From Octopus vulgaris (lineage: Eukaryota): DNA of 64,000 bases. Below, in pieces: positions 1 through 11,110 of the stretch. The first letter of the stretch is position 1. Each line of letters opens with the position of its first letter. The notes below the pieces were generated by a model, which was not told the DNA's origin, made no database searches, and saw nothing but the letters and a program-made list of their open reading frames with translations. The position numbers and the translations under genes are program-made. Where the stretch lies: assembly GCA_951406725.2 (NCBI GenBank), contig OX597824.1:70618001-70682000 (forward strand), in the 5' to 3' direction.

Positions 1-495
1 GGTGGTGGTGGGGGGGAGCAGGTGAGTGAGGTGGGAAAGAACCGCAAAAACTCAGCAAAAAAAAAACCAAAAACAAACAAAAAATAACCAGAATAACAGA
101 AGAATAAATGATGGAAGAATCAGAAACAAAATGAAATGAACAGTTTCAATTGTTGTTGCTGTTGTTGTTGTTGTTGAAGTTTGTTTTGTTGTTATTTTTC
201 CTTGTTGTTCAAGATTTCTCTCTCTCTCTCTCCTTTCTGTTTTCTGCCAGTGTTGTTGTTGTTGTTGTTGTTGACTTTGCTTGTTTTTTTTTTTTTTTCT
301 TGTTTGCTTATTATTTGTAATGTAATCTGTCTTATCCCCTGCACACATATTCACATACATACATATATACACTCTCTCTATATATACATAAAGTGTGTGT
401 GTATGTATATATATATATATATACATATATCTATATATATACATACATACATACATACATACATATATGTAGATATGCACATACACAAATATAGA

Positions 496-542
<47 letters not shown>

Positions 543-769
543 TATGTATATATATATGTGTGTGTGTATGGGGTGGGGGACTTATATGCATCTGCACACA
601 TGTATATACATTCATGTACATAGATACATACATAATTTTCCTGATACCTCCATGCCTCAACAATATCGTTCCCCACATCTACATCCCCATATTTTTCTTT
701 CCTTTTCTTATCTTTTTTTTTATATTTTGATGAACAAACTGCACTTGAAGCTAAGTAGTAAAGGTTACA

Positions 770-801
<32 letters not shown>

Positions 802-914
802 TACACTTATAATGTGTGTTTGTATATCAAAACTAGAAGTATTTTGTATGTTAGTCTTGTGCAAGCAATTCTGTTTTGTGCTTGAGTGTTTGTATATACA
901 TATGTTTACACACA

Positions 915-956
<42 letters not shown>

Positions 957-1467
957 GCTGATGCACATGAGTAAGTGTGTGTGTGTGTGCATGTGCAAAT
1001 ATGTATATATATATATACATATGTATAATCTTTCTATCATAAATGTACAGAAATAGATTTGTGTGTGTGTATGTATAGATGTCTGTGGATGTGTGTGTGT
1101 GTATATATAGATGTCTGGATGTGTGTGTGTGAGTTGTCTGGATTTGTGTGTGTGTCTTTATAGATGTCTGGTTGTGTGCATATGTGTGTGTGTGTATGTA
1201 TATGTATATATATATATATACATACACACACACACATCTGTGTGTATGTATGACAACATACATACATAATACATACATACTTAAATGTGTATGTTGTGTG
1301 TTTGAGATTACTGAAATCTTAAAAAAAAATGTGTATGTTTACACACACTCACACACACACACTCCCACAAATAGACTCTTAATCAGCTATGCTGTTTCTT
1401 TCCTTGCCTGTAAGAAGAAGAAAAGTGATGATGTTGGGCCAACAATGTCTTGGAGCCGACCTCGTCA

Positions 1468-1481
1468 GTTGCCATAGCAAC
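1468..1481. promoter_or_regulatory. RFX X-box motif
   Basis: GTTGCCATAGCAAC matches the RFX X-box consensus. It lies in non-repetitive sequence, preceded by CGTCA and followed by ATAAACA (forkhead-like site). Confidence 0.45.
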
Positions 1482-2091
1482 TATAAACAACAGCGCAATG
1501 CCTAGAAAGTTCCTTTCATCTTGTTTCCAAACAGAAAAGCAATTTAAAATGATTTAAAGAAAACTTGAAAACCTCTTGATAATAATTGTCGATATCTTTT
1601 TTTTTTCCTCCCTCATCTTTTATTTATTTATTCATTTAGTTTTGTAAATTTTATATTTTAACATTTTTTTTCTTTTTTGAATTTTTTTTTGTGGTATTTT
1701 TAATTTTAAGACTCTTCTTCATTTTTCGCTCTCACCTCTTCTGCTCCCACTACCATCACCACCACCACCACCACCACTAGCCATTGTCATCGTCGTTATC
1801 ATCGTCATCATCACAATCACCACCGCTACCACCAGCCACATCGTTTCTGCTTCAAACTTCTCAATGGTATTGTGGTTATAATCATCGTTTTCCTTTCCTA
1901 ATTGTCTGCATTTATTTAATTTTGTAAAAGAAACCGAAAAATTTTGTTTTTGTTTATAGTGTTTTTTTAACTTTTATTTTGAAAAGTGCTTTTTGCTTTG
2001 TTTTTTTTTTCTTTCTTCAAGTTATGTCTTTTTCTTGGAAGGAGACAGAGTTAGCTTTTTATTATTTTATTTTTATTTTCCTTGTTTCTCC

Positions 2092-2125
<34 letters not shown>

Positions 2126-2289
2126 TAATAATAATAATAATAATAATAATGGCAATTGCAGTTAGAATAGCAAGAATGCTTTCTCTATTTGCCACAAGGT
2201 TACAATAAGAATAATGATAATAATAATAATAATAATAATAATGGCAATTGCAGTTAGAATAGCAAGAATGCTTTCTCTATTTGCCACAA

Positions 2290-3660
2290 GGTTACAATGA
2301 CAGAAATTTCTGGGGTGGGAGCGGAAATGGTTGATAATGTCGACCCTAGTACTTGAATGGTACTCTGTTTTATTGGCCCCCTGCTGGATGAAAGACAAAC
2401 TCAACCATGGCGAGGTAAATACTGGAAGGCATTTTCTTGCCTGACAACACTCTAACGATTCTTGCCATTGGCATGTCTTACCGAGAAACAAAACCAGGAA
2501 ATGCTGAGGAAGGGGGTGCAGTTGACTATATCAACCTCGATACTTATTTATTTAATGCACTCGTTAATTAACTCTGCAACCTCATTAAGTCTACATCCTT
2601 TGTACTTATTCTATCTAGTCCCAGAACAATGGAAGGCAATGAGATTTGAGCCCAGAGATAGAAGGACATTTAACTAGATTGAAGTTTTGCAGGAGGGGAC
2701 TAGTCGATTACACTGACCCCAGAATTTTGCTGGTATTTTAATTTATCAAACCCGAAAGGATGAAAGGCAAAGTCAGCCTCGGCAGAATTTGAACTCAGAA
2801 TGTAGAAATGGGTGAAATACCGCTAAGCATTTCGTCCATTTGTTTAAAATTTTGGTTCAAGGCTAGTAATTTTAGAGGGAGGCTATTAATCAAATTACAT
2901 CAATCCCAATATGTGACTGGTACTTTATTTTGTCACCCTGAAGTGGGGAAAGGAACAGTTGATTTCAATCAAACTTGAACTCAGAATGTAATGAATCAGA
3001 AGAAATAATGCTGGGCATTTTGTCTGAAGATCTAGTGATTCTGCCAGCCTGCCACCTTATTCTATAATAGTTGTAGTAGTAGTAGTAGTCATCGTCGTAG
3101 TAATGGATTTGAATTTTGGCATAAGGCCAGCAGGTTTAGGGAAGGGGCTAAGTTGATTATATCGACCCTAGTGTTCAACTGGTACTTACTTTATTGAACC
3201 CCAAATGATGAAAAGCAAAGTTGACCCTGGCAGAATTTGAACTTAGAATGTAAAGACAGACAAAATGCTGCTAAGTGTTTTGCCTTATATGCTAATGATT
3301 CTGCCAGCTTGCCACCTTAATAATAATAATAATAATAATATTAATAATAATGATCCTTTCTACTATAGGCACAAGGTCTGAAATTTTGGGGGAGGGGGCC
3401 AGTCGATTACATCGACCCCAGTATGCAATTGGTACTTAATTTATTGACCCTGAAAGGATGAAAGGCAAAGTCGACCTTGCTGGAATTTTTTGAACTCAGA
3501 ACATAAAGACAGATGAAATTCTGCTGAGCATTTTGTCTGGCATGCTAACAATTCTGCCAGCTCGCCAACTTCATAATAATTAATAATTGTTTTGAATTTT
3601 TGGCACAAGGCCAGTAATTTTAATGGGAAGGTGTTTGCCATCTGTATTGAGCTAGTACTT
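2290..3660 (-). mobile_element. Cluster of degenerate tRNA-derived SINEs (family B, head GGCGAGCTGGCAGAATCGTTAGC)
   Basis: Several reverse-complement copies of the head and the core GTCGACTTTGCCTTTCATCCTTTCGGGGTCGATAAATTAAGTACC, separated by (TAA)n/(TAG)n. Confidence 0.8.
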
Positions 3661-3799
3661 TATTTTATTGATATTGATTAATCTCCTGGATTAGTGCTGA
3701 AAGGACCAAATCCATGTCTGTCACTGGTGCTCAATCACAATTTGTCAATCTCAGGCAAGACGAAACTGAGTATGTCAATAGGTGTATATATCCGCAAGT

Positions 3800-3966
3800 T
3801 TTTTTTTAATTCTCTCTCTGTTTATTTCTTCGTGTTCCTTTCTGCTGAGGAGCATAGGCTCATAACATAAAAGACTTTCTTACCTTCCTGAGTGTTAAAC
3901 TAATACACCTGCTTGTTGTTTATACACCTCTCTTCATCTTTTGTTTTTCTGTAAATTTCAACTATA
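3800..3966 (+). mobile_element. Penelope-like terminal repeat fragment with decayed hammerhead-like motif
   Basis: CTGCTGA-G-GAGC-ATAG-GCTC-ATAACATA-AAAG followed by a T-rich tail ending in TA. A homologous copy lies at 29730-29885. Confidence 0.45.
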
Positions 3967-4340
3967 TATCCTGGAAGCTGCATTTCCAACAAGGCTGATG
4001 CCGAAGTTGAGATCAAGACCAAGATAGGTAAAGCAATGTCAGTATTCCAATTCCTATATCCAATTTAGAGATAACTGACCATAAGCAAGAAGATGAAGCT
4101 GTGAAACCTATAAGAAGACAGCGAAGATCTCTCAGTTACTGGATGGGTCCCATCAACATTGCCTACATTCAGTTCTAGTCATCTAGTCAGAGTGAGAAAT
4201 GAAAAAGTATTGAGAAGAACTGACATGGGAAATTTGCAGGACATGGTAACTAAGTGGAGGATATGGTTTACTAGCCATGTGCTTGATTACTGCTGGTGAG
4301 ACCTGCTACCATCGTCATGAAGTGGATGCTAGAAGGACGA
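3967..4340 (+). pseudogene. RTE-clade LINE reverse transcriptase C-terminal fragment, decayed
   Basis: Reads YPGSCISNKADAEVEIKTKIGKAMSVFQFLYPI*...ISKKMKL and then VRNEKVLRRTDMGNLQDMVTKWRIWFTSHV, matching the YLGS/RIGKA/NEEVL/RW.GH pattern. Contains stops and deletions. Confidence 0.7.
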
Positions 4341-4349
4341 AAATTCATA

Positions 4350-4565
4350 ATGCCCAGTGTTTGTGTGTCTGTGTTTGTCCCCGTCAACATTGCTTGACAA
4401 CCGATGCTGGTGTGTTTACTTCCCCATAACTTAGCAGTTTGGCAAAAGAGACCAATAGAATAAGTACTAGGCTTACAAAGAATAAGTCCTGGGGTCGATT
4501 TCCTCGACTAAAGGCGGTGCTCCAGCATGGCCGCAGTCAAATGACTGAAACAAGTAAAAGAGAGT
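4350..4565 (+). mobile_element. tRNA-SINE family A, 3' half
   Basis: Matches the 3' half of the 7174-7592 copy, including the tail GGCGGTGCTCCAGCATGGCCGCAGTCAAATGACTGAAAC. Confidence 0.85.
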
Positions 4566-4620
4566 GCATAATGGTTACAACTTGATTTCAAGCTATTTCA
4601 TCAGTTGATTATTCTCTTAA

Positions 4621-4839
4621 CCCTTTAGCATTTAAACTGACCATATCCAGCCCAAATATTTTACCCGTTTCATGTTCATACTTACAAGAGCTGGCTGCCT
4701 CTCACACCTATCCTACAATATCATTCTGTAAATAAGCAATCACATCATCAAAGCCTCACAGCTACGTGATAATGCATGATTAATTCAAGACAAGTTGAAT
4801 AAACAAGCATTACAATTGAATAATCTAAATGTTTAAGGG
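4621..4839. mobile_element. TTAA-flanked MITE (piggyBac-like termini)
   Basis: TTAA|CCCTTTAGCATT...AAGGG|TTAA. Same family at 25347-25567 and 62930-63150. Confidence 0.7.
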
Positions 4840-5049
4840 TTAAACATAAGCATCATGGCTGTGGTTTTTCAGTCCTGCTTAGGAGCATACACTCTTTTGC
4901 ACACATGTGGCAATGATGTGCGCCACTTGCAGCAGGTTTTCCAAATCACTTATCATCCATGTTGACACATGCCTTCATTCTGTCATGGAATTTTTCATTG
5001 AATGTCTTGTTCTTTTTTTTTGGCCATGACTAGCCATAATGTGCAACAT

Positions 5050-5515
5050 GTGGCTGTGAGGTAAGAAGCTTGCTTCCCAACCACATGGTTCTGTGTCTGG
5101 TCCCACTGTGTGGTGCCTTGGGAAAGTGTCTTCTACTTTAGCCTCGGGCCGACCAAAGCCTTGTGAGTGGATTTGTTAGATGGAAACTAAAAGAAGTCCA
5201 TCGTAGATACATAGATATGTAGATATATATGTATATATGTGTGTGTGTGTATGTATATGTATTTGTGTGCATGTGTATGTGTATATATATGTGTTTGTGT
5301 GCGTGTGTGTATGTATATGTGTTTGGGTTTGTTCCCCCACCATTGCTTGACAACCGATGGTGATGTGTTTATGTCCCCATAACATAGGAGTTTGGCAAAA
5401 GAGACTAATAGAATAAGTACTTGGCTATCAAAGATTTCTTTGCCTAAAACTCTTTAAGGAAGTGCTCTATCATGGCCGCAGTCAAATAACTTAAACATGT
5501 AAGTGACTAAAAGAA
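5050..5515 (+). mobile_element. tRNA-SINE family A, older copy
   Basis: Degenerate head, central (TA/TG)n and tail, colinear with 7174-7592. Confidence 0.8.
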
Positions 5516-6138
5516 TATGCATGCCATTTATATACATACATTCATACATAATTACTGGTTTAATTTGTTTTTTTTTTATATCACTATTTCTCCTTTTTTT
5601 GTTTTTTAGCAAGGGTTTGGGGTGGATTTGTTAAAATGCTTCTGTTTTCTTTTTATTGTATCGCTATATCACATTTTCCTCCCTCTGTCTCTCTTTCTCT
5701 CTCTCTCTCTCTCAACCCCTGTTGTTGATCAGTGAATTATTTTCACATTATTTTCCCTCTGTCTACCCCTGTTGTTGATCAGTGAATTATTTTCACATTA
5801 TTTTTGCATCAGTTTGCTCAAAGTCTCTCTCCGAGAACATCTTAAGAAACTAGTACGGTATATTATGATGTATCCACATGGATAAGCACACTTAATTAAT
5901 TACTTGATGTTTTTACACTCTGGTGCACGTACACATAAATACACAGATGCTTCATTTATTTCACGTTTGTGTGCATACATACAAACACGCATACACACAC
6001 ATACATGTGCACATACATGCACACATGTACACTTACACTCACACACTCAATTACTTTACAATTTTACGCTTACATGCATGTTTACACTTGCATGCATGCA
6101 TGCATATACTTGTACATATGGGTGTGTGTGTGTGCGTA

Positions 6139-6179
<41 letters not shown>

Positions 6180-6253
6180 ACACGGTGTTAACTACACAAT
6201 GCACACACACACATTCGCGCATGCTTGCTTAAATTTGCACATATACTTACTCG

Positions 6254-6293
<40 letters not shown>

Positions 6294-6299
6294 CTCCCA

Positions 6300-6758
6300 A
6301 GCTGGTGGCATGCAATAAGCACTATTCATGCATGGGTCGTTGTCAGTGTCGCCTGACTGGCTCCCCGTGCCAGTGACATGTAAAAAGCACCATCCGAACG
6401 TGGTCAATGCCAGCCCCCTCAACCTGACTGGTTCCTGTGCCGGTGGCATGTAAAATGCACCATCCGAACGTGGCTGATGACAGTGCTGCCTGACTAGCTC
6501 CCATGGCAGTGGTATGTAATAAGCACCATCCAAATGTGGTCGATGCCAGCCCCCTAGCTCCGACTGGCTCTTGTGCTGGTGGCATGTAAGAAGCACCCAC
6601 TACACTCTCGGAGTGGTTGGCATTACGAAGGGCATCCAGCCGTAGAAACATTGCCAGATCAGATATGGAGCCTGGTGCAGGTTCCTGGCTTGCCAGATCC
6701 CAGTCAAACCATCCAACCCATGCCAGCATGGAAACCGGACGTTAAACGATGATGATGA
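6300..6758 (+). mobile_element. 5'-truncated RTE LINE 3' UTR with tandem modules and (GAT)n tail
   Basis: About five GTGCCGGTGGCACGTAAAAAGCACC-type modules, then CACTCTCGGAGTGGTTGG...GTTAAACGATGATGAT, as at the 3' end of the LINE at 9558-10893. Confidence 0.8.
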
Positions 6759-6894
6759 TATATATATATATATATATATATAATTCTCTCTCTCTCTCTC
6801 TCTCTTAGACACATACATAATGTAGTAATATTTTCTTTTAAACACACCTGCACATACATACATACATACATCTATATGAACGTATGTATATTAT

Positions 6895-7344
6895 TCTTTT
6901 ATTTGTTCCAACTATTTGACTGCGGCCATGCTGGAGCACCATCTTGAAAGGTTTTAGTTGAATAAATTGACCCCCAGGACTTCTGGGTTTTTTTAAGCCT
7001 TGTTCTTATTCTATCAATCTCTTTTGCCAAATCATTAAATTATGAGGAGGTAAACACACTAACACTGGTTGTCAAGCAGTGATGGTGGGGGAGGAGACAA
7101 GCACAGGCACAAAAACACTCATACATAGATACACACTAACATGCACACACATACATACATACATATATATATAGGCGCAGGAGTGGCTGTGTAGTAAGTT
7201 GCTTGCTTACCAACCACATGGTTCCGGGTTCAGTCCCACTGCGTGGCATCTTGGGCAAGTGTCTTCTGCTATAGCCTCGGGGCGACCAATGCATTGTGAG
7301 TGGATTTGGTTGACGGAAACTGAAAGAAGCCTGTCGTATATATG

Positions 7345-7377
<33 letters not shown>

Positions 7378-7751
7378 ATATGTTTGTGTGTCTGTGTTTG
7401 TCCCCCTAGCATTGCTTGACAACCGATGCTGGTGTGTTTATGTCGCCGTCACTTAGCGGTTCAGCAAAAGAGACCGATAGAATAAGTACTGGGCTTACAA
7501 AATATAAGTCCCGGGGTCGATTTGCTCAACTAAAGGCGGTGCTCCAGCATGACCGCAGTCAAATGACTGAAACAAGTAAAAGAGTAAAGAGTATATATGA
7601 CAGGCTTCTTTCAGTTTCCATCTATCAAATCCTCTCACAAGGCTTTGGTCAGCTTGAGGCTATAGTTGAAGACACTTGCTCAAGGTGCCACACAGTGGGA
7701 CTGAACCTGAAACTATGTGGTTGGGAAGCAAGCTTCTTACCACACAGCCAT

Positions 7752-7757
<6 letters not shown>
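6895..7757 (-). mobile_element. Older SINE A copy split by a younger insertion
   Basis: Reverse-complement 3' half at 6895-7170 and 5' half at 7593-7757 flank a + strand copy. Confidence 0.7.
7174..7592 (+). mobile_element. tRNA-SINE family A, near full-length young copy
   Basis: tRNA-like head with A box (TGGCTGTGTAG) and B box (GGTTCAGTCC), internal (TA)n(TG)n, and (AAAGAGT)n tail. Near-identical to 22328-22733 and 40242-40651. Confidence 0.9.
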
Positions 7758-7788
<31 letters not shown>

Positions 7789-8159
7789 TTAATGAATACA
7801 GAAGTTATACATGAGCTACTTTAAGTTCCTGACTCCTGCATTCATTAATTGATATCTATCTCTTGCTGGAATGAGTATTTTTTTACTGATCCTATCACCA
7901 AGCAAACAATACACCTGATATATATATATATCGTGTTTATATATATGTGTGGGGTGGTGGAAGATGGTGGTAGTAAAGTCAGGCTTGAGGTGTTGAGCTG
8001 CCTCATATGCTGTTGTAAAGAACCAAGGTACCTGAGATGGTGCTTTGTCCTAACTGGACATCAAGTCTATCACTCTCACTAGTCTGGGAATTGAGTCTGT
8101 GGTCTTTGGAGAACATGAATGCCAGTCCTCTTCTGGCTTTGTTACATCTTCCTTTGCCA

Positions 8160-8270
8160 CACCCCTACATGCATCCATGCACCCCTACATGCATCCATAC
8201 ACCCCTACATAATCCACACACCCCTACAGACATCTGCACACTCCTACATGCATCTACATACCTGCATCAG
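8160..8270. repeat. ~20-bp degenerate minisatellite (ACCCCTACATGCATCCATRC)
   Basis: About five tandem units are visible. Confidence 0.7.
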
Positions 8271-9179
8271 ACACACACACACACATATTTCAGCTAAGCT
8301 TCTGTCTTGTCAGTCAACCTGCTAAATATAACAGTTAACTCATCCTCAAAATCACACCAAAGTGTCTTAAAAACTGGGAAGGGCACACTGAATAGTCAAG
8401 TTTTGAGTGCATTACATCTATTACAAGGAAAAAGCAACACAAGATGGTCATGGTTGGAGTGTCTTTGATCATGGGCCACCTCGATTGCTTCTAACTTGGA
8501 GATTAGCAATAATAACAGAACACTTGCAGTGCATAACAAACTTGTTCAAAGCCCCTCCCCCCACTGATGTGGAAGAATAAGTAATTATATTGATAATGAT
8601 GACAACTACTCTGATAACAATGATGATGATGATGGTGATGATGACGACGACTATGATGATGATAATGATTATTTTCTAGACAACCCAGACTTGGCTTTAT
8701 ATTTCACATGGCTGGCCAACCAGCCGTCAAGGGCCATTAGTTCCAGACAATCATTCTTCCTTAAGAAACATACACAAGCACACACACACACACACACACA
8801 ACATTATTTACCATTTACAAGATTACTGAATCTATCAAGTGCTGTAACAGCTAATAAATAACCGAATTGGTGGATTTAGAAAGATATTCTAGTGGCAGAA
8901 CAATATGCATTTGGTGTGTGTGTGTTAGCGTGATCCTCTATATATTCTATATATTCCGAGTGCACATACATGCACTGCTATCCATAGCCATACACGCAAG
9001 CATACTGATTGTTGCTTTTATACAAATACAACTGTAAAGACACACACACACACATGCATATTATACACATATATATGTCAAAACAAATGTATACACACAC
9101 ACACACATATATATATGTTTGCACAAGCTTTCATGCACATTCAGAAAAACATGCATGCACACACGTGTGTGTATGTGTG

Positions 9180-9229
<50 letters not shown>

Positions 9230-9557
9230 CTCATGTATTCAATTACACAGACATGTTTGTATACACATACATCTGTATGTATGTGTATGTATATATATAC
9301 ACACATATATATAAATATACCCCCATGTATTCAATTAGATTCACACAGACATATTTGTATACACACATAGACACACACACACCAGAAAAAGAGGGTGAGT
9401 GATGTATAACTTGATTTATACATATACATTAGTGAAGAATGAGGTGTGCAAATGCTACTATAAGTGGTTGCTAAATGAAGGGAATGGCAGTGAGAGAGAG
9501 AGAGAGACAGAGAAGGAGAGAGTTGAAGGGTGAAGGACTACCCCCCCTCCCCAAGTA

Positions 9558-10893
9558 GACCTTAGAGTAAATGTAGCAAAGACCAAAGTTATAGTAAGTA
9601 GGAAGGCGAACTCATCAAACACACCTTCAGGTAGGTGGCCCTGCTCGATCTGTAGAAAAGGTGTAGGTACAAACTCCATAAGATGTACCCAGTGTAAGCT
9701 ATGGATGCATTAGAGGTGCAGCAACATCAAAGGAAAATTAACCGAGAAGATAGCTTTCGTGTGCGGCAGATGCACAGGGGCAATAGACACCACAGATACT
9801 CAAAAAACAGATTCCATCACACTCCAGAGGGAGAAACTAGAAGTAGTTGATAGTTTCCGCTACCTAGGTGACCAAGTTAGTAGTGGAGGTGGATGCTCAG
9901 AGGGTGTCACCACTAGAATACAAATAGCCTGGGCAAAGTTTAGAAAGCTTCTACCCCTACTGGTGACAAAGGGTCTCTCGCTCAGAGTGAAAGGTAGATT
10001 GTACGACGCATGTGTGCGAACTGTCATGCTTCATGGCAGGAAAACATGTGCTGTGACTGCAGAGGACATGCGTAGGCTTGAAAGAAATGAAGCTAGCATG
10101 ATCTGCTGGATGTGTAATGTCAGTGTGCTCACACAACAGAGTGTGAGCGCCCTGAGAGAAATGCTGGACATAAGAAGCATCAGATGTGGTGTGCAAGAGA
10201 GATGTTTGCGCTGGTATGGATAAGGAGAGATGTGTGAAGAAGTGCCACTCCTAAATAGTTGAAGGAATCTGGGGGAGAGGTAGACCCAGGAAGACATGGG
10301 ATGAGGTGGTCAAGCATGACCTTTGAACGCTGGGCCTCACAGAGGCAATGACGAAAGACCGAGATCTCTGGAGATATGCTGTGACTGCAAAGACCTGACA
10401 AATAACGTGAGTTCATGGCTGTTTCCTGCACCATTTTCGCATAGCAGCCCCAGCCCATCCAAAGTACCTTGGATTGCAGAACGACCTGCTGTGTTTACCT
10501 TGGATCGTAGGGTGACCTGCTGTGCTTGAGGTGACCTATTGAGTCAAGTACATCAACATCAAGATAAATATCAAATGGAAATTGAAGTTGGGATACCTGT
10601 GCCGGTGGCACGTAAAAAGCACCATCTGAACGTGGCTGATGCCAGCGCCGCCTTGACTGGCTTCCGTGCTGGTGGCACATAAAAAGCACCAACCAATTGG
10701 CACCTGTGCCGGTGGCATGTAAAAAGTGCCCACTACACTCACAGAGTGGTTGGTGTTAGGAAATTGCATCCAGCTGTAGAAACACTGCCAGATCAGACTG
10801 GAGCCTGGTGCATCCTCCTGGTTCCCAGACCCCGGTCGAACCGTCCAACCTGTGCTAGCAAGGAAAACGGACATTAAACGATGATGATGATGA
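9558..10893 (+). mobile_element. 5'-truncated RTE-clade LINE: RT C-terminus, 3' UTR and (GAT)n tail
   Basis: LRVNVAKTK...LEVVDSFRYLG...RIQIAWAKF...KGRLYDACVR...RWYG...GRGRPRKTW...DRDLWR, with in-frame stops and a deletion. Continuous with the modular 3' UTR. Confidence 0.9.
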
Positions 10894-11073
10894 TATGCAC
10901 ACATGTGCACACATTATACTTAAAGAACTTTATTCTAGAATATACAATTCTTTTTATGCACTGAAACAATCTTCTCTTTTCTTCATCTTCTCCTTTTTAT
11001 AGCTTTTATAGTGGCAAGAAAGTTATAGTGGAGGGGACCAAAGTGTTGATGTTTTATCTTGTAAGTGTATAAG

Positions 11074-11110
<37 letters not shown>

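Noticed and set aside
6300-6600. CRISPR-like appearance of the module arrays here and at 38630-38845 and 48185-48550
   Set aside because: The context is eukaryotic, no cas genes are present, the repeats are degenerate, and the spacers resemble each other and recur in dispersed copies of retroelement UTRs.
7174-7250. tRNA genes at SINE heads (also 14551, 40242, 53926)
   Set aside because: A and B boxes are present, but there is no convincing acceptor stem or cloverleaf, and each head runs into a SINE body and tail.
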